From Candidatus Culexarchaeum nevadense (GTDB lineage: Archaea > Thermoproteota > Methanomethylicia > Culexarchaeales > Culexarchaeaceae), in NCBI GenBank assembly GCA_025060975.1, contig JANZKA010000001.1:28607-92606 (forward strand): 64,000 bases of DNA. The letters run 5' to 3'. A program made the position numbers and the translations under genes. The notes beneath the pieces are model-generated. The model had not been told where the DNA came from. It ran no database searches and saw only the letters and a program-made list of their open reading frames with translations. Position 1 is the stretch's first letter, and every line of letters begins with the position of its first letter. Below are positions 1 through 10,776 of this stretch, piece after piece.

Positions 1-119
1 GGGATATGGTCAAGAAGTATGAGAAAGATGAGCAAGGAGGATACCCACATACTGAAATCAATGGGATAAAGGTAACGTTAAAAAGTAAGAAAGAGATATC
101 ACTCTAATCGACGATTCAC

Positions 120-1058
120 ATGCCATTAATAGATGGATATGGGAGACCCATCGTAAACTTAAGAATAACATTAACACATAAATGCAATTACAAATGCATA
201 TACTGCCATATGGAGGGAGAAGAGGGGACATTTGAAGAACTAACTCCAGAAGAAATAGAAAGAATAGTTAGAGTCGCAGTTAAACTTGGAATAAATAAAG
301 TCAAGCTGACAGGTGGAGAACCATTAATTAGAGGAGACATAGAAGAAGTGGTTAGAAGGTTATCACATATAAATGGAATGGAAGAAGTATCATTAACCAC
401 AAATGGATCCCTCCTAAAAGAAAAGGTTGAGGAACTTGCAAAAGCAAAACTTAAAAGAATCAATGTAAACATCCCATCATTAAGGGAAAAGGTATACAAA
501 TATGTAACTAATAGCGAATACTCCCCACAACAAATCATAGAGGGAGTTATAGAAGCAAAGAGATTAGGGATAAACCCAATAAAAGTGAATATGGTAATCT
601 TAAAGGGGATTAATGATGATCAAATAGATGAAATGATTACATTTACGAAGAAGAATGATTTAATACTTCAATTGATAGAATTGGAGAATGTTGGAGTAAG
701 TGAAGAAATATACTCAAAATATCATGTAGATGTATCGTCAATTGAAGAGAAGATAAAACTTGAAGCTGAAAATGTTATTGTAAGAAGAAACATGCAAAAT
801 AGACGTAGATATATTTTAAGGGGTGGAGGGGAAATTGAAATAGTAAGACCATATGAAGATGGGAGCTTCTGCTCAGCATGCACAAGACTAAGATTAACTG
901 CAGATGGAAAAATAAAGCCATGCTTAATGAGAAACGATAATCTGATAAACTTAAAAGATTTATTGAGAAAAAAATTAGATGACTATGAACTTGTGAAATG
1001 TTTTGTAAAAGCCATTGAGGGGAGGGAGCCGTACTGGAAGAAGAAAATTACGCCTTAA
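120..1058 (+). CDS. moaA: GTP 3',8-cyclase MoaA (molybdenum cofactor biosynthesis, radical SAM)
   Basis: N-terminal CNYKCIYC radical-SAM triad. C-terminal second cluster cysteines (CSAC...KPC). GGEPL motif. About 310 aa, as expected for archaeal MoaA. Confidence 0.85.
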   Translation: MPLIDGYGRPIVNLRITLTHKCNYKCIYCHMEGEEGTFEELTPEEIERIVRVAVKLGINKVKLTGGEPLIRGDIEEVVRRLSHINGMEEVSLTTNGSLLKEKVEELAKAKLKRINVNIPSLREKVYKYVTNSEYSPQQIIEGVIEAKRLGINPIKVNMVILKGINDDQIDEMITFTKKNDLILQLIELENVGVSEEIYSKYHVDVSSIEEKIKLEAENVIVRRNMQNRRRYILRGGGEIEIVRPYEDGSFCSACTRLRLTADGKIKPCLMRNDNLINLKDLLRKKLDDYELVKCFVKAIEGREPYWKKKITP

Positions 1059-1129
1059 AAGTATTCTATTTAGGATTCAAATATAATGGTTTTGCAACCC
1101 AAAAAGATAAGCCTACCATTGAAGGGGTT

Positions 1130-1873
1130 TTGAGAAACATTTTTAGAAATAAGATCTATGGAAATAGGATTCACATAACTTATGCAAGTAGAACAGATAA
1201 GGGAGTGCATGCAATAGGACAAACCGTAACCATAAATGTGAAGGATATAAACGTAGATGAAGTAAATACAGAGTTACCTGAAGATATAGCCATATGGGCT
1301 TACTGTAAAGCACCGAAATATTTCGATGCTAGAAGATGCACAATATATAGACATTACAAATACATAGTTTTCAAAAGAGACTTAGATCTAGAAAAAATGA
1401 AAAATGCATCAAAAGATCTACTTGGAATACACAACTTCAAAAGATTCTGCTACAAAATTAAGGGACCTGTAATTAGAAGGATATACTATATAAAAATAGA
1501 CAAAATAGAAAATGGATATCTCACATTAGAATTCATAGGATCAAAATTTGCTAGAGGACTAATTAGAAACCTTGTAGACTTACTAACAAGAATTGGAAGT
1601 GGAGAAATTAAAAACTTAAATAGTGTATGGGAGTATAGTGGACCATTATGCATGGCACCTCCAGAAAACCTATATCTCATAGACGCATATTACCCATTAA
1701 AATACATGATTAGTGATAGTGGAGTGGAAAAAGTTATAAAAGCCATACACATGATTAACGAAGGAGAGTCAGATGAAAGGAAAATTTTAAGGAAACATAT
1801 GCTGAAGGACTTTTGGAAAATTATGAGCGATCTAAGAGAGCTCAGCTTAAAATTACATTCAACGCTTCATTAA
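1130..1873 (+). CDS. truA: tRNA pseudouridine(38-40) synthase TruA. N-terminus probably extends upstream to ~1058 without a canonical start.
   Basis: Catalytic motif RTDKGVHAIGQTV. The in-frame upstream translation (KVFYLGFKYNGFATQ) is the conserved TruA N-terminal Y-x-G-x-x-Y-x-G-F-Q box, but there is no ATG/GTG/TTG between the upstream stop (1016) and 1130. Confidence 0.75.
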   Translation: MRNIFRNKIYGNRIHITYASRTDKGVHAIGQTVTINVKDINVDEVNTELPEDIAIWAYCKAPKYFDARRCTIYRHYKYIVFKRDLDLEKMKNASKDLLGIHNFKRFCYKIKGPVIRRIYYIKIDKIENGYLTLEFIGSKFARGLIRNLVDLLTRIGSGEIKNLNSVWEYSGPLCMAPPENLYLIDAYYPLKYMISDSGVEKVIKAIHMINEGESDERKILRKHMLKDFWKIMSDLRELSLKLHSTLH

Positions 1874-3127
1874 CCTCTTTATCTCCTCACTTATACTTGG
1901 ATTATTAGTGAGGAAGTCTATCATCCTATCATCAAATCCAAGCCATGAAGCTATCCCGGCGGCCATATTAACATTATGAGTAAAAATTACCTTCAAAATT
2001 GGTAAATATTCTGAAAGAGCTGTACGTGAAGATACATGACAGTTCTTTGCTATCAGAAGAGCTATCTCATTCATAACTTCACGGACACTCATACTCTTTT
2101 GGAGAAGTCTAATACGCTCCGGGAAGGAATATTTAACAAACTTGTATTTCTCCCTCTTAGCCATGGAAACCCCTGCAGTCATAAGATCCATGGCATAGCT
2201 TAATAGAGACCAATCTTGAGAACGCTTTATTCTACCCAAATAGACATCAGCCTTTGAAAGAGCATTGTAAGCATCGATAAGCTCATACACGTTCCCATAT
2301 TGTATTGGAATATTCTCATTCAACCATTGTAGAAGCTCATCATATGAGAGATCTGATGTTATAGTGTACCTCCTAGCAGCATTACATGATATCGAGGAGA
2401 ATATGCCCCTCAAAACATCAAAAGCAGGAGTAACCCTATCCCTATACCCAAGCCATTTAACATCATCCAACTTTAATGTCTTCTTACCAGCAACACATGT
2501 TTGAAGATCATTTATAGCCGACCTAACATCCCCCTCAGATCTATCAGCAATAAACTTCAATGCTTCCTTATCATATGAAATCCCCTCAGCACGACAAATC
2601 TTCTCCAAAAACCCAACTATGGACGTACTTCTAACACCATAAAACTGTATCATCAAACACATATCCCTTAACTGCCTAAACTGTGGATCCCATGGATCGT
2701 TTGCCGTGAAGACCACTGGAAACTTTGATACTTCAATAAGCTTTATTAACGCACTCAATCCACCTCTATCCTCAGAGGTCAATATACCATCAATTTCATC
2801 AACGAGAATTATCTTCCTAGAACTTCCAAAACCAAAATGTTTTGATGCAGCCATAGCTATTCTCTCAATATCACCATAACTCCTATTATCACTAGCATTC
2901 ATTTGAACCAATTCAGCCTTATACACTATGGATGCAACCTCAACAGTAAGTGTTTTACCAACCCCAGGAGGCCCCCATAGTAGAGCAGCCTTATACTTCG
3001 CAGTTCCATTAAAGAATTCTTCAATCCAAGATCTAAACTGAGATATTGCCTCCTTATTGCCAATAATCTCATCAAAGGATTTAGGTTTATACTTATTAGT
3101 CCACAGCAACTTCTCTGCAGAACTCAT
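1859..3127 (-). CDS. rfcL: Replication factor C large subunit
   Basis: AAA+ Walker [12 protein letters not shown]. About 420 aa. 4-nt overlap with the upstream rfcS, the same order as in Sulfolobus. Confidence 0.85.
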   Translation of the reverse strand: MSSAEKLLWTNKYKPKSFDEIIGNKEAISQFRSWIEEFFNGTAKYKAALLWGPPGVGKTLTVEVASIVYKAELVQMNASDNRSYGDIERIAMAASKHFGFGSSRKIILVDEIDGILTSEDRGGLSALIKLIEVSKFPVVFTANDPWDPQFRQLRDMCLMIQFYGVRSTSIVGFLEKICRAEGISYDKEALKFIADRSEGDVRSAINDLQTCVAGKKTLKLDDVKWLGYRDRVTPAFDVLRGIFSSISCNAARRYTITSDLSYDELLQWLNENIPIQYGNVYELIDAYNALSKADVYLGRIKRSQDWSLLSYAMDLMTAGVSMAKREKYKFVKYSFPERIRLLQKSMSVREVMNEIALLIAKNCHVSSRTALSEYLPILKVIFTHNVNMAAGIASWLGFDDRMIDFLTNNPSISEEIKRLMKR

Positions 3128-4116
3128 TTATTACCCCTCAATTCACTGCCATAAAGAGAGAAGCATGCTAATAGATAGCTTAATTGAATCTCTTCATCAG
3201 CCCCCTCCACCATCCTAAAATTCACTTCACCTATCTTATCAGCCAAAAGCACCTTAACTTTCTCAGGTATATCCAACGCGAAAATCTCCCTATGCATTTG
3301 CTTAACAATATCAACACCAGAAAGCCCATAATTTATCATAAGCTCCCTAAGCTTACCCCTCGCACTTACAAAATCCCCTTTCAAAGCCAATGCCATCATC
3401 TCTCTAACTTCAACGGGATTTGCCTTTCCAACAACCCTATAGACAGCAGACTCATCAACCACACCGAGACTAGCAGCTGCTTGAAGAGTATTTATAGCCC
3501 TCCTCATGTCACCTTCAGCAATATACAATATTGCCTCTAAACCTCCAGAAGTTAACTTCACATTCTCCCTACCGGCAATATACTTTAACCTCTCAGCAAT
3601 ATCCTCATTGGAAAGAGGCTGAAAACGGAAAAGAGCACACCTAGACTGTATAGGCTCAATTATTTTACTTGAATAATTTGCAATCAAAATGAATCTACAA
3701 GTCCTAGTATATAACTCCATTATACGCCTCAAAGCTTGCTGAGCATCCGCAGTCATATTATCAGCTTCATCTAGAATAATCAATTTGAATGGTACATCAC
3801 CAATAGGCATAGTCCTAGCATAATCCTTTATTCTATCCCTAACAGTTTGAATTCCACGCTCATCAGAAGCATTAAGCTCCAAAATATTCTGCCTCCAATT
3901 AGCACCATAAAGATCATATGCCAAAGCCAAAGCCACAGTCGTCTTACCACAACCAGGAGGACCTGCAAAAAGCATATGAGGAACATTCTTACTTGAAACA
4001 AAACTCTTAAGTCTCGGTATAATATCCCTCTGATTAACAACTTCGTCCAGAGTTTTAGGCCTATACTTCTCAGTCCAAAGCGTAAATACATCTGAACACA
4101 TAATAACACCATTCAT
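3124..4116 (-). CDS. rfcS: Replication factor C small subunit
   Basis: [12 protein letters not shown] Walker A, DEAD-like DEADNM Walker B, SRC motif (QSRCALFRF). About 330 aa. Confidence 0.9.
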   Translation of the reverse strand: MNGVIMCSDVFTLWTEKYRPKTLDEVVNQRDIIPRLKSFVSSKNVPHMLFAGPPGCGKTTVALALAYDLYGANWRQNILELNASDERGIQTVRDRIKDYARTMPIGDVPFKLIILDEADNMTADAQQALRRIMELYTRTCRFILIANYSSKIIEPIQSRCALFRFQPLSNEDIAERLKYIAGRENVKLTSGGLEAILYIAEGDMRRAINTLQAAASLGVVDESAVYRVVGKANPVEVREMMALALKGDFVSARGKLRELMINYGLSGVDIVKQMHREIFALDIPEKVKVLLADKIGEVNFRMVEGADEEIQLSYLLACFSLYGSELRGNK

Positions 4117-4223
4117 TATTACTATAAAAGGGAAAATATTAAGATTAACATGTCAGATTAAACAATAAGAAGAGGAAAAAATTAATACTTGGAAAATTAA
4201 AGGGAAGGTGTTAGTGTGAGATA

Positions 4224-4781
4224 ATGCTTGAATTCATAAATGAAGCATCAAAAATACTATCAAACGCAGAGATCATTAAAGCAACTGTGAAAAAAGCCTC
4301 CACCCCCATAGAGGTTGGAGGAGAGAAAATAAATCTAGACACAGAAGGTGTAGAAATACTAGTACCAAAATGGGCATCAGATAAACTAGTGAAAAACGGA
4401 TTAATAGAATTAAAATATGTTGAAGAATTGGGGATAAAAGAACTCAGGAAAGCCCTCTGGAAAGAATCAAGGGAAACCAATTTAACGAAAATAGATCCTC
4501 AATTCTACATGAAAGCAAGAGCCACCATTAAAAGGATAATGGAAGATATCAAAAGAAACCCAACACCAGAAAAAATCCAAGAAGAAAGAAAGTATAGGGA
4601 TACATTCATGGATATAGTGAATTGCAGAATGCAAAAAGTACTGCAATTAGCAATAACCGAATCAATACCACAAACGATAAGTGAAAATATGACTATAGAG
4701 GAAAAGATATTACTGAAAGAAGTAAAGAAGATGTTGACGATGTGGAAGGATCAAGTAACAAAAATAGGTGATGAAACATGA
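4224..4781 (+). CDS. gins23: Putative GINS subunit Gins23
   Basis: Small (185 aa) helical protein immediately upstream of mcm and translationally coupled to it (ATGA overlap). Gins23-mcm synteny is conserved in Sulfolobales. The sequence itself was not recognised by a motif. Confidence 0.45.
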   Translation: MLEFINEASKILSNAEIIKATVKKASTPIEVGGEKINLDTEGVEILVPKWASDKLVKNGLIELKYVEELGIKELRKALWKESRETNLTKIDPQFYMKARATIKRIMEDIKRNPTPEKIQEERKYRDTFMDIVNCRMQKVLQLAITESIPQTISENMTIEEKILLKEVKKMLTMWKDQVTKIGDET

Positions 4782-6835
4782 GTAGTCTAGAATTATTAGA
4801 AGCTGACATAAGAGAGAGATTCGCCGATTTCCTAAAATCATTCAAAAACAGTGCTGGAGAATATTACTACAAAAACATGTTAAGCCAAATGGTTGTAACT
4901 GGACAAAAACACCTAGTAATAAATTTTGAAGACCTACTGGAGTACGACCCGCAACTCGCAGAACAATTAATAGAAAAACCAACCAAAGTTATTGAAGCAG
5001 CCTCAGCAGCCATAAGAGATGTAATGATGAGTAGCATAAACATAACCTATGCAAGGAAGGTAAAAAGGTTTATAGCAAGGTTCAAAAAACTACCAGAAGT
5101 AATCCCTATAAGGAAAATCAGATCAGAACACATTGGAAAACTAATAATGATAGAAGGCATACTCACAAGAGTATCATCAATAAAACAACAGATAGTGAAA
5201 GCAGCATATAGATGTGAGAGATGCTCAGAAATAACCTATGTAGAAGCGGTCAGTTTAAATGAAAAGATAAGCCCACCGGAAAAATGCCAACATTGTGGAG
5301 GTAGAGTGTTCAAGTTAATCCCAGAAGAATCTGAATTCATAGATTGGCAAAGACTTACAATACAAGAAAGACCAGAAGAACTACCACCAGCCCAACTCCC
5401 AAGATCAATAGAAGCCATTGCAAGAGAAGATCTAGTGGATGTAGCTAAACCCGGTGATAGAATAATAGTCGTGGGAATATTGAAAGCAGTAAGGGAACAC
5501 ACTGGGATGGGAACAACATTTAGACCTGAAATAGAAGTAAACAATATAGAGTTATCAGAAAAGGGGCTGGAGGAAATAGAAATAACACCAGAAGATGAAG
5601 AGAAGATTAAGACTTTGGCAAAAGATCCAATGATACATGAGAAAATCATACAATCAATAGCACCATCAATATATGGTTATAGAGAAGTGAAGGAAGGAAT
5701 AGCATACCTACTATTTGGAGGAGTGCAAAAAACCTTACCAGATGGTGTAAGAATAAGAGGAGACATAAACATACTACTAGTCGGAGATCCTGGAACTGCA
5801 AAAAGCCAACTACTACAATACGTTGCCAGAATAGCCCCAAGAGGGATATATACTTCTGGAAAAGGGTCCACAGCCGCCGGATTAACAGCGGCAGTAGTAA
5901 AGGATAGAAGCACTGGTGATTGGTACCTTGAAGCAGGAGCACTCGTACTAGCAGATGGGGGAATCGCATGTGTAGATGAAATAGATAAAATGAGGAATGA
6001 AGATAGAGTAGCTATGCATGAAGTGATGGAACAACAAACAGTGAGCATAGCAAAAGCAGGTATAGTTGCAACATTAAATGCAAGAACATCAATATTAGCC
6101 TCAGCAAACCCAACACTTGGAAGATTCGTGGAACAAAAATCAATAGTTGAAAACGTTAATCTTCCAATCACAATACTTTCAAGATTTGACCTAATATTCC
6201 CATTGAAAGATGAGCCAGATGAAGAAAGAGATACGAAAATGAGTGACCACATACTTAGATTACATCAAACAAGGGGGTACGTTTCACCACCACCAATAGA
6301 ACCTGAACTCCTAAGGAAGTATATAGCATACATGAGGAAAAACGTTAAACCAAGATTATCTGATGAAGCTATGGAAAAAATAAAAGAGTATTATGTTGAA
6401 ATGAGGAGGCATGGGAAGAGTGGAGGGAGCATCCCAATAACCCCAAGACAACTGGAAGCATTAGTGAGAATGACAGAAGCAAGAGCAAAAATGGCCTTAA
6501 GAGATGTAGCCACAAAAGATGATGCAGAAGCAGCAATAAGACTAATGAACTACGTATTAGAGAAAACAGCATACGACATTGAAACCGAGAAAATCGATAT
6601 AGATGTATTATTAACCGGGAAAACAAGGTCGCAAAGAGAGAAAATGAACATCATAATGGATTACATAAGAAGTAAGGTTAAGGAGATAGGTGGACCAATA
6701 AAAAGGGAATTCGCCGCAGAAGAAATAGAGAAGATACATGGAATAGAGAAAAACACGGTTCTCGAGATCATAGAGAAGTTGTTAAAGGAAGGAATACTAT
6801 TCGAAGCTAGACCAGGATATGTGATGCCAACATAA
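4778..6835 (+). CDS. mcm: Minichromosome maintenance helicase MCM
   Basis: Zn finger C-x2-C...C-x2-C (CERC...CQHCGG). Walker A ILLVGDPGTAKSQ, Walker B DEIDKM, arginine finger SRFDL. 685 aa. Confidence 0.95.
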   Translation: MSSLELLEADIRERFADFLKSFKNSAGEYYYKNMLSQMVVTGQKHLVINFEDLLEYDPQLAEQLIEKPTKVIEAASAAIRDVMMSSINITYARKVKRFIARFKKLPEVIPIRKIRSEHIGKLIMIEGILTRVSSIKQQIVKAAYRCERCSEITYVEAVSLNEKISPPEKCQHCGGRVFKLIPEESEFIDWQRLTIQERPEELPPAQLPRSIEAIAREDLVDVAKPGDRIIVVGILKAVREHTGMGTTFRPEIEVNNIELSEKGLEEIEITPEDEEKIKTLAKDPMIHEKIIQSIAPSIYGYREVKEGIAYLLFGGVQKTLPDGVRIRGDINILLVGDPGTAKSQLLQYVARIAPRGIYTSGKGSTAAGLTAAVVKDRSTGDWYLEAGALVLADGGIACVDEIDKMRNEDRVAMHEVMEQQTVSIAKAGIVATLNARTSILASANPTLGRFVEQKSIVENVNLPITILSRFDLIFPLKDEPDEERDTKMSDHILRLHQTRGYVSPPPIEPELLRKYIAYMRKNVKPRLSDEAMEKIKEYYVEMRRHGKSGGSIPITPRQLEALVRMTEARAKMALRDVATKDDAEAAIRLMNYVLEKTAYDIETEKIDIDVLLTGKTRSQREKMNIIMDYIRSKVKEIGGPIKREFAAEEIEKIHGIEKNTVLEIIEKLLKEGILFEARPGYVMPT

Positions 6836-6841
6836 TGGGGG

Positions 6842-8998
6842 ATGAAGAAGATTAAGATAAGAGAGCTATCAATACCTAAAATAATAAAGGATATATTGGA
6901 AAACAATGGGATAGATGAACTTTACCCACCACAAGAGCAAGCTGTGAGGAATGGGTTACTTGAGGGAAGAAACATAGTAATAGCTATACCTACAGCTGCA
7001 GGGAAGACACTTGCAGCAGAACTAGCAATAACAAAAAGATTACTTGAAGAAGGAGGAAAAGCAATATATTTAACACCATTAAAAGCTCTTGCCTCGGAAA
7101 AGTACGAGGAATTTAAAAAATATGAATATGCTGGATTAAAAGTTGCCATAAGCACTGGAGACTACGACAATCCAGAACCACAACTCAAAAACTACAATAT
7201 AATAGTCATGACAAACGAAAAAGCAGACAGCATTCTAAGAAATAAACCTCAATGGATGAGTGAAGTCAAAGTGGTAGTAGCAGACGAAATACACCTAATA
7301 AATGATAATGACAGAGGACCAACCCTAGAAGTAGTCTTAGCAAAACTCTTATCAACAAATTCACAATTGCAAGTTATAGGTTTAAGTGCAACAATAATGA
7401 ATGCAGAAGAGATAGCTGAATGGTTAAATGCTAGACTCGTAAAAAGTCATTGGAGACCAGTACCATTAAGAAAAGGAATCTACGTGAATGGAAGAATAAT
7501 ATACGATGATGAAAACATAGTAGAGGTTACAAAAGAGAAAATAGATCCATGCCAAGCATTAACGAGACAAACCCTAGAAGATGGAGGCCAAGTATTAATC
7601 TTCACAAACACAAGAAACGATTCAAGAGAAACAGCCTTCAAACTAATACCACTAACATCAAAATACTTAAAAACAGACGACAAAAAGGAACTCTTAAACG
7701 TAGCCAACGAAATACTATCATCAGAAGAAAGCACAAGAATAAGTGAAGAATTAGCCACATGCATTAAAAATGGAATCGCATTTCACCATGCAGGATTATC
7801 AGCAACCCATAGAAATATAGTTGAAAAGGCATTTAAGGAATCCAAAATAAAGGTTATATGTGCAACCCCCACCTTAGCCGCAGGAGTAAATCTCCCAGCA
7901 AGAAGAGTGATAGTAAAGAGTTATTATAGATATGATAGTTCAACTGGATATCAAATGATACCAACATTCGAATACCATCAAATGGCTGGGAGAGCTGGAA
8001 GACCAAAATATGATGAATATGGAGACGCAATACTAATAGCCAAAAACCTCCAAGAACAAGAGTTCTTAATGGAAAACTATGTAAAGGCACCACCAGAAAA
8101 GATATGGTCTAGACTAGCATCAGAATCAGCATTAAGATCACATACACTTGCAATAATAACCACAGAATTTGCAAAGAATGAAGAGGAAGTCATGGAATTT
8201 ATAAGACGAACGTTCTATTACAAACAATATGGTGAAGAAAGACAAATAAGAAATGTACTGAGAAGAATAATGAAGTTCCTAGTGGAAAATGAGATGATTA
8301 AAGTTATTGATGAAAAAGTATACCCAACGAAGCTTGGAATAAGAGTATCACAACTATATATAGATCCACTATCAGCCATACGAATCATAAATGGACTAAA
8401 GGGAAAGAATAGTGCAAGTGAACTCGCATATATACACTTAATATGTATGACCCCAGACATGCAGAGACTACACCTTACTAGGAAAGATAGAAAGATATTA
8501 ATGCCGAAATTATTAGAACTTGAAGGAAAACTACTCGTAAATGTAAAAGAATTCACAGACGAATTCGAACAGCTAACAATGCTACAAGCACTTAAAACTG
8601 CCATGATGCTGAATGAATGGATAAATGAGGAAAAGGAAGATGTAATCATAGAAAAATATGATGTAGGACCTGGAGACATATACTCGATAGCACTTACAGC
8701 ACAATGGCTAATGTACTCAGCCACAGAAATAAGCAAATTAATGGGATTCATAAATCACTTACAAAAACTAACTGAGCTAACTAGCAGATTAGAATATGGA
8801 TGTAAACCAGAACTATTGGAACTAATAAGTTTAAAGGGTATAGGAAGAGTTAGAGCTAGACTACTTTATAGAGCAGGGTATAAAACCATAGAAGATCTAA
8901 AAAAGGCGCGTATAGAAGACTTGAGGAAAATACCATTATTCGGAGAAGAAACCATAAGGAAAATAAAGGAACAACTGGAAGAGGAAAGGCTACATTGA
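6842..8998 (+). CDS. hel308: Ski2-like DNA helicase Hel308/Hjm
   Basis: Motif I AIPTAAGKTLAAELA, DEIH box (ADEIH), motif VI HQMAGRAGR. About 720 aa with a C-terminal HhH-like tail. Starts 6 nt after the mcm stop. Confidence 0.85.
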   Translation: MKKIKIRELSIPKIIKDILENNGIDELYPPQEQAVRNGLLEGRNIVIAIPTAAGKTLAAELAITKRLLEEGGKAIYLTPLKALASEKYEEFKKYEYAGLKVAISTGDYDNPEPQLKNYNIIVMTNEKADSILRNKPQWMSEVKVVVADEIHLINDNDRGPTLEVVLAKLLSTNSQLQVIGLSATIMNAEEIAEWLNARLVKSHWRPVPLRKGIYVNGRIIYDDENIVEVTKEKIDPCQALTRQTLEDGGQVLIFTNTRNDSRETAFKLIPLTSKYLKTDDKKELLNVANEILSSEESTRISEELATCIKNGIAFHHAGLSATHRNIVEKAFKESKIKVICATPTLAAGVNLPARRVIVKSYYRYDSSTGYQMIPTFEYHQMAGRAGRPKYDEYGDAILIAKNLQEQEFLMENYVKAPPEKIWSRLASESALRSHTLAIITTEFAKNEEEVMEFIRRTFYYKQYGEERQIRNVLRRIMKFLVENEMIKVIDEKVYPTKLGIRVSQLYIDPLSAIRIINGLKGKNSASELAYIHLICMTPDMQRLHLTRKDRKILMPKLLELEGKLLVNVKEFTDEFEQLTMLQALKTAMMLNEWINEEKEDVIIEKYDVGPGDIYSIALTAQWLMYSATEISKLMGFINHLQKLTELTSRLEYGCKPELLELISLKGIGRVRARLLYRAGYKTIEDLKKARIEDLRKIPLFGEETIRKIKEQLEEERLH

Positions 8999-9008
8999 AA
9001 ACAAATAT

Positions 9009-9467
9009 TCAAAATAATTGCAAACAAACAATAATCTTTCCATCAACATTTGAAATATAAACAAATAGGAATTCACGTGACAAATTAACGTTAGAATTTA
9101 CATAACACACATCAATCAAGTATGGAAGACTCAACTTAAACTCACCTTGATCACAACATAATATCAAAGAATTCTGAAATATGGAAAGTCTATATCCAAT
9201 AAATCTAGTTGGAACAGATAATTTAATGCAAATACTGGAATTCAAACCTAAAATTCTGCAAATTTCAACTCCGTAAACTATGGACTCCTTAATACTATAC
9301 ATGAAAGAATGATAGACTCTATCATCATTAAGAATATTGAAATAAAAACCACTCATGGACATTAAAAGTAACAATATAGAAAGGATTAAGCCAAAATTGA
9401 GTATAGAGTTGGAAATGACGTTTCTCATATTTATCCACCAATCACATTGACCGATATTATAATACAA
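9009..9467 (-). CDS. Small membrane/pilin-like protein (last gene of the filament operon)
   Basis: N-terminal hydrophobic helix (ISNSILNFGLILSILLLLMS), beta-rich remainder. A likely internal start at MRNVIS would remove the overlap with the upstream gene. Confidence 0.3.
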   Translation of the reverse strand: MYYNIGQCDWWINMRNVISNSILNFGLILSILLLLMSMSGFYFNILNDDRVYHSFMYSIKESIVYGVEICRILGLNSSICIKLSVPTRFIGYRLSIFQNSLILCCDQGEFKLSLPYLIDVCYVNSNVNLSREFLFVYISNVDGKIIVCLQLF

Positions 9468-10105
9468 TTAAGTATCAATGGATTGACTCTACTTGAATTA
9501 AAAGACCAAATAAATGAGCATGTTGGACTATACAATTGCATATATGAGATTTTGGGGTTAGTAGGGCTATAGAACCTCTTTACAATATTAATGTATGGAA
9601 AGAAAGAATATTTCCCACATGATATCTTCAATGAACTATTAATATTGAACAATACAGCCCCAATCAATACTGAGTTACCATTAAAAACTATTCTCGGATG
9701 AATACTAAGGATCAACATACTCCCATTTGCTATTATCGAATAAGAGAAGTAAGTCCTATTACCTTCTTCAATTATTACATTCCCGTATGGATATAAGGAG
9801 CTGCGATAAACATACCTCAAGTTAATGGAGAAAGAAGACAACAGAGTTTCGTTATCAAAATTTATAATCTGGAAGCCGTTAATGTAAAACTCCAATACAC
9901 CATACTTTAAAGAAAAGGTGTGTACCACCATTTTACCAGATTCAATACCATCAACAAGCTTATAGAAAAATGATTTTACATCATTAATTTCAGCGAGCAT
10001 TAACACGTAGGTATTGTAGGAAGTATAAAACTGTAAGCAAACCGAACCAACTAATAGTATTAGCCCAACCAGAATAACTGATGAAGGTATCTCCGTAGAT
10101 GTCAT
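9431..10105 (-). CDS. Pilin-like/membrane-anchored protein (no canonical class III motif)
   Basis: N-terminal hydrophobic segment SSVILVGLILLVGSV. 224 aa. Start is 3 nt after the stop of the preceding gene. N-x-S/T sequons. Confidence 0.3.
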   Translation of the reverse strand: MTSTEIPSSVILVGLILLVGSVCLQFYTSYNTYVLMLAEINDVKSFFYKLVDGIESGKMVVHTFSLKYGVLEFYINGFQIINFDNETLLSSFSINLRYVYRSSLYPYGNVIIEEGNRTYFSYSIIANGSMLILSIHPRIVFNGNSVLIGAVLFNINSSLKISCGKYSFFPYINIVKRFYSPTNPKISYMQLYSPTCSFIWSFNSSRVNPLILNCIIISVNVIGG

Positions 10106-10776
10106 ATGGGCATCACATCCACAGAAATAACCTCAAAAACCAATATAACAGGACCACTTGATGTAATAATCGTTGAATAATGATCATTACTAGAAATTAG
10201 TGATATTTTAAGCTGACCAGCACACTCAAACGTGTAAATAGACTTAAATGAATCACTAACTCTCAAAACAAAGTTTCCACTGATGATACCAGAACTTTTC
10301 AAAACCATTAATCTCAAATAGATTCTGGAACCTAAATTATACACTGAAAGTGCTGGTATTAGATGTATATGATCACCATGCCCATATATTGAAAAACAAG
10401 TACCATTAAGTTGAATGGGTTGATCATAGTATATATTCGGAGAAGAAGCATAAACCTGTATGCTTAAAATTGACGATTTAAAATTCCCTAAGCATATATC
10501 GTTAACGATGATTGTTATATTGCAACAATCATCCAATTTAATAATGTAATGTGGATTGAATATCATAATTGAATCATCGATGAAATATAGTTTATCAGCC
10601 TCTAACCTCACATATCTCAAGAAGTCCACTGCATTATCAGACCTTAAACCACATTCCAAATTCCTCAAGTACATCATTCCATATTGAAGGCAAATGAAAG
10701 ATAGTGAGATAAAAACCATGAACATAATCACATTAGATAAAATATTGGAAATACCTCTAGAATTTAAATTGCCCAA
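10102..10776 (-). CDS. Class III signal peptide (prepilin-like) protein
   Basis: N-terminus MGNLNSRG|ISNILSNVIMFMVFISL: a short charged leader, then RG, then a hydrophobic helix, as in archaeal PibD substrates. 224 aa. Confidence 0.45.
   Translation of the reverse strand: MGNLNSRGISNILSNVIMFMVFISLSFICLQYGMMYLRNLECGLRSDNAVDFLRYVRLEADKLYFIDDSIMIFNPHYIIKLDDCCNITIIVNDICLGNFKSSILSIQVYASSPNIYYDQPIQLNGTCFSIYGHGDHIHLIPALSVYNLGSRIYLRLMVLKSSGIISGNFVLRVSDSFKSIYTFECAGQLKISLISSNDHYSTIITSSGPVILVFEVISVDVMPI

Noticed and set aside
188-538. 116-aa minus-strand ORF inside moaA
   Set aside because: It is antisense to the radical-SAM motif region of moaA and is a shadow ORF.
5236-6626. Several ORFs of 85-191 aa on the minus strand inside mcm (5236..5649, 5646..5969, 5677..6252, 6369..6626)
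   Set aside because: They are antisense shadow ORFs within a strongly conserved gene, with low-complexity S/L/F-rich translations typical of the reverse frame of K/E-rich AT-rich coding sequence.
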